Assembly: GCA_030600555.1 (NCBI GenBank)
Contig: JAUVLW010000001.1
Coordinates: forward strand, 6,411-70,410
DNA length: 64,000 bases
DNA from: Candidatus Aenigmatarchaeota archaeon
GTDB taxonomy: Archaea > Aenigmatarchaeota > Aenigmatarchaeia > QMZS01
Reading direction: 5' to 3'
This document shows positions 57,825 through 64,000 of this stretch, in pieces (position 1 is the first letter of the stretch; every line of letters starts with the position of its first letter). Below the pieces are notes generated by a model, which made no database searches, was not told the origin of the DNA, and saw only the letters and a list, made by a program, of their open reading frames with translations. The translations under genes and the position numbers were made by a program.

Positions 57825-58436
57825 TTAATTCAAGTTTAATTTCTTCTCAAAAACTCCGCCTCTCGGCTCAGTCTCCGAGAATATCTGCGCCTGAAATTTA
57901 TACAAACTCACGGGCTTCATAATCCATGCATCTTCATCAAGACTGGCTTTAAGACACAGTTCGCACAGATAAGTTTTTAAATCCCATTCCTGCTTAACAG
58001 GAACTTGGGGAAGGAAAATCCCCGAGTTGTATTTGTATTTAATAAACAGCCCATCTTCCCCAATTTTAATTTCATTCAGGTAATCCCTTGGATGGTAAAC
58101 AAGAATTTTCTGCATGTCGCTCAACACAGTTATTTCAATTACGATTTTATCCAGTTCTTCTACAGTTAAAGGCATAAATCTTGGGTCCTGGGTTGCGGAA
58201 CAACTTGTTTCTATAACCCCGTTAATCAGGCTTTTGTCAGATTCAATTAGTCCAATACAACCCTTTAAATCTCCTCCAGGATGTTTAAGAATTGTGCAGA
58301 AGACCCCTTTTTTTTCAAGCAGTTCAGGAAAATCGGGTTTTGGGGGTGTCATTGGGAGAAGACTTTCAAGATAATGCGCAATTGAATTTCTTGCAAGCTC
58401 CACAAGATACTCTCCTTCTTTTATATTGAGGTGCAT
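57825..58436 (-). CDS. AMMECR1 family protein (TIGR00296-like)
   Basis: GVFCTI, LKGCIG, DPRF.P, EITVLS, FLPQV, LCLKA. Confidence 0.92.
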   Translation of the reverse strand: MHLNIKEGEYLVELARNSIAHYLESLLPMTPPKPDFPELLEKKGVFCTILKHPGGDLKGCIGLIESDKSLINGVIETSCSATQDPRFMPLTVEELDKIVIEITVLSDMQKILVYHPRDYLNEIKIGEDGLFIKYKYNSGIFLPQVPVKQEWDLKTYLCELCLKASLDEDAWIMKPVSLYKFQAQIFSETEPRGGVFEKKLNLN

Positions 58437-58488
58437 AATATAATATTCTTTGAAAGCAATAATCTAAATATATATTGTTTTTGTTATT

Positions 58489-59079
58489 ATGGGTAAATGG
58501 TACAGAGGTTTTAAGGAAAGGTTGCTAGATGTTTGTGAACCGGGAAGAACATGGAAGGAATATAACTGGGACGAAGGTATTCAGGAACTGCACAATTTAG
58601 CACCAAAAAGCCGGAGGAGTATTTTTGGCATAAAAACAGATGAATTTTTAGATGAACTCTTGACTGGTAAAACACGAGAAGTTTTAAAGGACAATTATAA
58701 TAATTATTATTCCAGAAGCAAGAAATTTCCTTTTTTGCCATCATCCGCAAACATTTTAGGGGCATCATATGTGCCTTCAAACATTTTTTTATTTGATAAT
58801 AAAGAATTGCCCGAACCTCATAGGGAAGAATTAAAAGAACTGAGAAAAGATATTCCCCCTTCATATTTTTTGATAAAAAAAGGAGATTCCTATATTTTAG
58901 ATGGATTTGAATCCTGCGGTGTTGGCACAGATTTTGCTATTTTTGAATATTTAGGTTTTGATAGAAATAATATTTGGTATAAGGATCCAGAGACAAATAA
59001 GGTCTTAGTTGTAAAAAATGACAATCTTTTTAGAGACAAATTGGTGTATAATACAGTATCAGAGTTTTATGATATTTAG
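58489..59079 (+). CDS. Hypothetical protein
   Basis: 196-aa ORF with ATG start. Confidence 0.65.
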   Translation: MGKWYRGFKERLLDVCEPGRTWKEYNWDEGIQELHNLAPKSRRSIFGIKTDEFLDELLTGKTREVLKDNYNNYYSRSKKFPFLPSSANILGASYVPSNIFLFDNKELPEPHREELKELRKDIPPSYFLIKKGDSYILDGFESCGVGTDFAIFEYLGFDRNNIWYKDPETNKVLVVKNDNLFRDKLVYNTVSEFYDI

Positions 59080-59154
59080 TTTTTTTCTTATTTTTTAATT
59101 TATCCTTTCTAATTTGTCTGAATTTCTTCTTATCTTTTTAATTTCTGATAAATT

Positions 59155-60717
59155 ATGGTTTTTGGAAAAGAAGAGCTAATTGTGCCAGATACTTCAGTAT
59201 TAATATCAAAGAAACTTACTGAATTAATTGACAACGGACAACTGAAAAAAGTAAAAGTTCTTGTTCCTGAATTTGTTATTGATGAACTTCAGGCTCAGGC
59301 AAACAAAGGCAAAGAAATCGGTTTTCTGGGTTTGGAAGAAATTAAGGAATTAAGGAAACGAAATGTAAAACTTGAATTTGTGGGAAGGAAGCCGACAATA
59401 GACGAAATAAAACTCGCAAAGAAAGGAAGAATTGACGCATTAATAAGAGAACTCGCTCAGAAACACAAAGCAACTTTATACACAAGGGATTTTGTGCAGG
59501 CGCTTGTTGCGGAAGTTTTTGGCGTAAAAGTAAAATTCATTAAAACCCCGCATAAAAAAGCGGATCTTAAATTTTTAAAATTGCTCACAAAAGATACAAT
59601 GTCCCTGCATTTTAAAGTGAATTGCGTCCCTCTGGCAAAAAGGGGACACCCTGGAAAATGGGACTTAAAAAAAGTCGGGAAAGAAAAACTTTCAAAGTCA
59701 AAATTTGAGCAACTTGCATCCAGCATACTCAAAGAGATTAGAGGAAAGAATTTTGCTTTTGTTGAGTTTGAAGAATATGGGGCTATGGTTTTGCAGATAA
59801 GGGATATGAGAATCTCAATTACAAGACCCCCATTTTCAGACGCGGAGGAGATAACAATTGTGCGACCAATAGCGAAATTGGGCATTGATGATTATGAACT
59901 TTCAGAGAAACTTAAAAAGAGAATAACTGACGAAGCCGGAGGAATTCTTATTTCTGGGCCTCCTGGAAGCGGCAAATCAACTCTGGCCGCGAGTCTTGCT
60001 GAATTTTATCAGAAGCAGGATAAGATTGTAAAGACAATGGAACAGCCGAGGGATTTGCAGGTAAATGAAAAAATAACCCAGTACGCTCCGTTGGCAAAAT
60101 CATTCGCAAAGACCGCGGAAATATTATTATTGGTCAGACCTGATTACACAATTTTCGATGAGATAAGAACCTCTTTTGACTTTAAGATTTTTAGTGATTT
60201 AAGGCTTGCAGGCGTTGGGATGGTTGGGGTGATTCATGCTTCCAAACCAATTGATTCAATCCAGAGATTTGTTAACAAAGTTGAACTTGGGATGCTCCAT
60301 AATATCGTGGATACAATAATTTTTGTGAAGGACGGTAAAATAGAAGAAGTTTATTCCACGGATTTAATAGTGAGGGTTCCCACAGGAATGAGGGATTCTG
60401 ATCTTGCAAGACCTTTAATGGAAATCAGGTCATTTGAAACCGGAAAACTTGAGTATGAAATTTATTCTTTCGGAGACGAAACCATTGTTATTCCAATTGA
60501 AGAGTTTGATGAAAAAGAAGTGGAAAAAAAAATCAAGCAAATAAAAAAAGAAATCAGCAAGTATGATAAAAATGCTGTAATAGAACATACTTCAGGAACT
60601 GATTTCAGGGTTTATGTTAATAAAAAAATAATTGCTAAATTAATCGGTCGCGGGGGGAAAGGTATTGATAAGCTGGAAACTAAACTTAAGGCTCATCTTG
60701 ATATTCTTGAACGGTAA
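59155..60717 (+). CDS. PINc/VapC-family ATPase with C-terminal KH domain (PINA)
   Basis: VPDTSV PIN motif, MSLH.K, GPPGSGKST, LLLVRPDYTIFDE, RLAGVGMVGVIHA, IGRGG KH loop. Confidence 0.93.
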   Translation: MVFGKEELIVPDTSVLISKKLTELIDNGQLKKVKVLVPEFVIDELQAQANKGKEIGFLGLEEIKELRKRNVKLEFVGRKPTIDEIKLAKKGRIDALIRELAQKHKATLYTRDFVQALVAEVFGVKVKFIKTPHKKADLKFLKLLTKDTMSLHFKVNCVPLAKRGHPGKWDLKKVGKEKLSKSKFEQLASSILKEIRGKNFAFVEFEEYGAMVLQIRDMRISITRPPFSDAEEITIVRPIAKLGIDDYELSEKLKKRITDEAGGILISGPPGSGKSTLAASLAEFYQKQDKIVKTMEQPRDLQVNEKITQYAPLAKSFAKTAEILLLVRPDYTIFDEIRTSFDFKIFSDLRLAGVGMVGVIHASKPIDSIQRFVNKVELGMLHNIVDTIIFVKDGKIEEVYSTDLIVRVPTGMRDSDLARPLMEIRSFETGKLEYEIYSFGDETIVIPIEEFDEKEVEKKIKQIKKEISKYDKNAVIEHTSGTDFRVYVNKKIIAKLIGRGGKGIDKLETKLKAHLDILER

Positions 60718-60734
60718 ATCTTAAGGCTTATAAT

Positions 60735-61715
60735 ATGAATAAATCTGAATTTGTTGGGTTGCTGAACGACCTCGAATGGGAAGATTTTGAAGTCAGGGAA
60801 ACAAAAAAAGATAGTTTAAAAAACAGCATGGAATCATTAAGCGCTTTTTCAAATACTGCGGGAGGCTGGATTGTTTTTGGGGTTAAAAAAACCCCGGGAA
60901 ATTATGAAATTATTGGAGTTTCTGAACCACAGGAACTTAAACAGGACGTCTCCTTATTGTTGAAAGAAGCTGAGTTCAATCAAAAAATAAAAATAAAATG
61001 CGTGAGCTACAGGCTGAACCGAAAAATTCTTTTGGCATTTTATATCCCGCCTTCGGAAAACAAACCAGTTTATTTTAATTCCATGGAAAATACTTTTGTA
61101 AGAACTTTCAGAGGCAACAGAATCGCAACGCACGAGGAAATTGATATTATGATTACAAACACTTCTTTAGGGAAAGAAGACACTTATTCTTTGAACAGTG
61201 CAAGCGTTTTCTCTGAAAACGATGGAATTGAACCCAGAGAGTTTACAATTGATGATGTGGATTTGGAGAAAGTTAAAAATCAGGAATTGCAGTTTAGGAA
61301 TATTGCTCCGAAACGCAAACAGGAAAATATCCTTCAGGAAAAATGCAAGGAACTAAAACCAGTAGCAGATTATCCAACAGAATTAATTAAGAAAACTTCT
61401 GATTATTCCGGAGAAGTTGAATCTGTTGAATCTAAAAATAATTCTGAGGTTCCCCCAGGAAATAACAAATATGAGGGTGATTATTCAAATGGAGCCCAGA
61501 ATAATTATTCCGGCGAATCCTCAGAAGAAAAAAACAATAAAGAGTATTCAGAAAATATTAAACCTGTGAAAGACCTGCGATTAGAAAATTTTAATCATAA
61601 AGACACTTTAAAAGGTCATATAGAAGGATACACAAAGGAACAGATTATAGAATACAAAAAAGACCCAAAAAAGGATTACAAGCAGGATTACCCGAAAAAA
61701 TCAGAGGATTCTTAG
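60735..61715 (+). CDS. Schlafen/AlbA_2-domain protein with a low-complexity tail
   Basis: LEWEDFE, SAFSNTAGGWIVFGV. Confidence 0.78.
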   Translation: MNKSEFVGLLNDLEWEDFEVRETKKDSLKNSMESLSAFSNTAGGWIVFGVKKTPGNYEIIGVSEPQELKQDVSLLLKEAEFNQKIKIKCVSYRLNRKILLAFYIPPSENKPVYFNSMENTFVRTFRGNRIATHEEIDIMITNTSLGKEDTYSLNSASVFSENDGIEPREFTIDDVDLEKVKNQELQFRNIAPKRKQENILQEKCKELKPVADYPTELIKKTSDYSGEVESVESKNNSEVPPGNNKYEGDYSNGAQNNYSGESSEEKNNKEYSENIKPVKDLRLENFNHKDTLKGHIEGYTKEQIIEYKKDPKKDYKQDYPKKSEDS

Positions 61716-61760
61716 AAAATTGCGGATAATTTTAAATTTTATTAAAAAAATATTTAAATT

Positions 61761-61973
61761 ATGGGATACGCTTTTAATAGAGGGATTGAAATTATTAGTA
61801 TAGGTGGTTTAGGATTAAGCGCAGATTTTATTGCAGGGCAATTTCCCGGTCCAGCAACTGTTTTGGCTGGCGGAGTATTGGCATATTCAGCATTTGTGGA
61901 TACTTTTGAATATAAACAAGGATTATCGGATGATCTGAAATGTGGACGGGATAAACTTAAAAATTATTTATAA
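61761..61973 (+). CDS. Small hydrophobic hypothetical protein
   Basis: 70-aa ORF with AATTATG start context. Confidence 0.5.
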   Translation: MGYAFNRGIEIISIGGLGLSADFIAGQFPGPATVLAGGVLAYSAFVDTFEYKQGLSDDLKCGRDKLKNYL

Positions 61974-62015
61974 ACTCTTTTTGATGGATATTTAAAATAA
62001 TTTACTTACTAAATT

Positions 62016-62330
62016 ATGGTAAATAATTTAGGAGAATACAAAGAAAAAATATTGGATAGATTCAGCACTAATTATCGAGACCAAGATATATCAATTGAAG
62101 GTATATTGTTTGAGGATGATGGGAGATTGTATGTGGTTGCGGGACCAACAGGCGCAGAGATTACGAATTATCATTCTTTGGATAAGACTTATAAAGATAT
62201 GTTAAACACATCCTGCGAGAAAGGAACAAACTTGGTTTTTAAGGGAAAAGAAGTAATTCTCGGGAGACCTGAGATAATATTTGGTGAGTTTGGGATTAAC
62301 TTATATTCTGTGGACTCAAATTATCCTTAG
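62016..62330 (+). CDS. Hypothetical protein
   Basis: 104-aa ORF with AATTATG start context. Confidence 0.6.
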   Translation: MVNNLGEYKEKILDRFSTNYRDQDISIEGILFEDDGRLYVVAGPTGAEITNYHSLDKTYKDMLNTSCEKGTNLVFKGKEVILGRPEIIFGEFGINLYSVDSNYP

Positions 62331-62334
62331 ATAT

Positions 62335-62952
62335 ATGAAACACGATAAAGCTGTGAGGTGGAGGAAAGATTTATATAATTCATGGAAACATTTTGGAATC
62401 AAGAGAAAAGATGTGGAATTATTTGGAGACCCCTGGCATATTGCGAGAGCAGAACAGTTTCTTAAAAATAATGAAATCGAAGTTAAATGGGTTGGGGGAG
62501 ACTGCGAAAACGGGAGCACTTTGGATATTGTACTGAGAGTTCCTTCAGAGAGCGGAAGATTTATGGGTTATGATGTGATGTTTAAACTGGAAAGAATTGA
62601 TAAGCCAGACCAAACAGGAAATCTCTTAAGACCAATAAATAATTCTCATGGTTGTAAACATACACTTTATAGCAAGGATGTTTGCAGGATTCCGGGAAAT
62701 TGCAAACACGAGATTGCAGCGAGGGAATTTATTGAAAGAAATTTTGGCAAAATTATTGAAGAATATGCCCCCAATCTCGAAGGTTATGATATTTGCAGAA
62801 TTTATGTTGATTCAGATACGCCTTATTTTGTAAGAGAAAAATATGATAAACAGGATATGGATTTATATGAGAAGTTAACAGAAAAGAAATTATTTGATAC
62901 ACTTGTTGGGAGGGATGTACTGTACGAGCATTTAAAGAGGAAGTATAATTAA
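62335..62952 (+). CDS. Hypothetical protein with a SWIM-like Zn finger
   Basis: VPSESG...YDV, HGC...CKHEIA. Confidence 0.6.
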   Translation: MKHDKAVRWRKDLYNSWKHFGIKRKDVELFGDPWHIARAEQFLKNNEIEVKWVGGDCENGSTLDIVLRVPSESGRFMGYDVMFKLERIDKPDQTGNLLRPINNSHGCKHTLYSKDVCRIPGNCKHEIAAREFIERNFGKIIEEYAPNLEGYDICRIYVDSDTPYFVREKYDKQDMDLYEKLTEKKLFDTLVGRDVLYEHLKRKYN

Positions 62953-63038
62953 TTGTAAGTGAGTTTTATCTGAATTTCTTTGGATTATATTAAGTTAACC
63001 CTCAAATTTTTATAAATCATTTTTAAAATCAATTAATT

Positions 63039-64000
63039 ATGTTGAACATTAAATTATTTAGGGAAACTCCGGAAATAATAAAGAAAAGCGAAAAAAATAG
63101 ATTTAAGGACGTTTCTTATGTGGATAAAGTAATTGACTTTGATAAGAGATGGAGAGAAAAATTGGATGAAATCCAGAAACTGAAACACGAAAAAAACAAG
63201 ATTTCAGAAGAAATTGGAAAATTAAAAAGAGAAAAAAAAGATACAGAAGATTTAATAGTTAAGGCGAGCAAAACAGATGATGAAATTTCCAAACTGGAGC
63301 GAGAGGTTCAGTTTTTAAAAGAGGAAAGGGAAATTCATAGATACAAAATAGGAAATATTCTTGATAAAAGCGTTCCTGTTGCTTTAACAGAAGAGGATAA
63401 TGTAACCGTCAGAACTTTTGGGGACCATACTGAATTTGAGTTTACTCCGAAAGGGCACGCTGAACTTGTTGAAAGATTTGCGGAACTTGAAAGAGCTGCA
63501 AGAATTTCAGGAGCGAGAACTTATTTTCTTAAAGGAGATTTGGTTCTGTTAAATCTTGCCCTAATTGAGTTTGGGATTAAAAGTCTTATTAAAAAAGGAT
63601 TCACCCCAATATTAACGCCTTTTTTCATAAACAAAAAACACATGAAAGCCGCTGCTGAACTTGCGGATTTTGAGGAAACTCTTTATAAACTTGAGGGCGA
63701 GGATTCATATTTAATTGCGACAAGCGAGCAGTCAATTGCATCGCTTCATTCAGGAGAAGTTCTGGAAGAAGAAACGTTACCATTAAAATATGCGGGATAT
63801 TCAACTTGTTTCAGGAAAGAAGCGGGCAGTCATGGGAAAGATACAAAAGGAATTTTCAGAGTTCATCAATTTGATAAAATTGAACAGTTTATTTTTTCCA
63901 ACCCAAAAGACAGCTGGGAACTTTTTGAAGAATTGATAAAAAACACAGAAGAAATTTATCAGGCTTTGGAATTGCCTTACAGAGTTGTGAATATTGCGAG
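63039..64000 (+). CDS. serS: Seryl-tRNA synthetase (runs off the window end)
   Basis: Read directly: MLNIKLFRETPEII, ISGARTYFLKG, YLIATSEQSI, STCFRKEAGSHGKDTKGIFRVHQFDKIEQF. Confidence 0.96.
   Translation, partial: MLNIKLFRETPEIIKKSEKNRFKDVSYVDKVIDFDKRWREKLDEIQKLKHEKNKISEEIGKLKREKKDTEDLIVKASKTDDEISKLEREVQFLKEEREIHRYKIGNILDKSVPVALTEEDNVTVRTFGDHTEFEFTPKGHAELVERFAELERAARISGARTYFLKGDLVLLNLALIEFGIKSLIKKGFTPILTPFFINKKHMKAAAELADFEETLYKLEGEDSYLIATSEQSIASLHSGEVLEEETLPLKYAGYSTCFRKEAGSHGKDTKGIFRVHQFDKIEQFIFSNPKDSWELFEELIKNTEEIYQALELPYRVVNIA

Overview
AT-rich, gene-dense archaeal chromosome segment. Marker genes are rpl15e, rps4e, aIF2-gamma, aCPSF1/FttA, Rrp42, Dph2/Dph5, NreA, EndoQ, PINA and Pth2. 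Scattered ribosomal-protein genes, very short intergenic spacers and many orphans suggest a reduced DPANN-type genome (inference). About 65 CDSs are present, including a pstSCAB-phoU locus, three broken genes and a partial serS at the right edge. No rRNA, CRISPR array, integrase or transposase was seen. Main highlights: (1) a soluble MtrA-like corrinoid-binding domain fused to a divergent thymidylate-synthase domain (40586-42373); (2) three tRNA genes (Asn-GTT, Glu-TTC, Leu-AAG), all with long structured introns at the non-canonical T-loop position 59/60, two of which share 44 of 47 nt; (3) an A34 (AAG) leucine anticodon, very unusual for Archaea; (4) a 37-bp duplication of the aIF2-gamma 3' end flanking a two-gene insert; (5) structured leaders before the aCPSF1 and NYN RNase genes; (6) a candidate HEPN-based defence trio. 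All family assignments are motif recognition by eye, not database searches.
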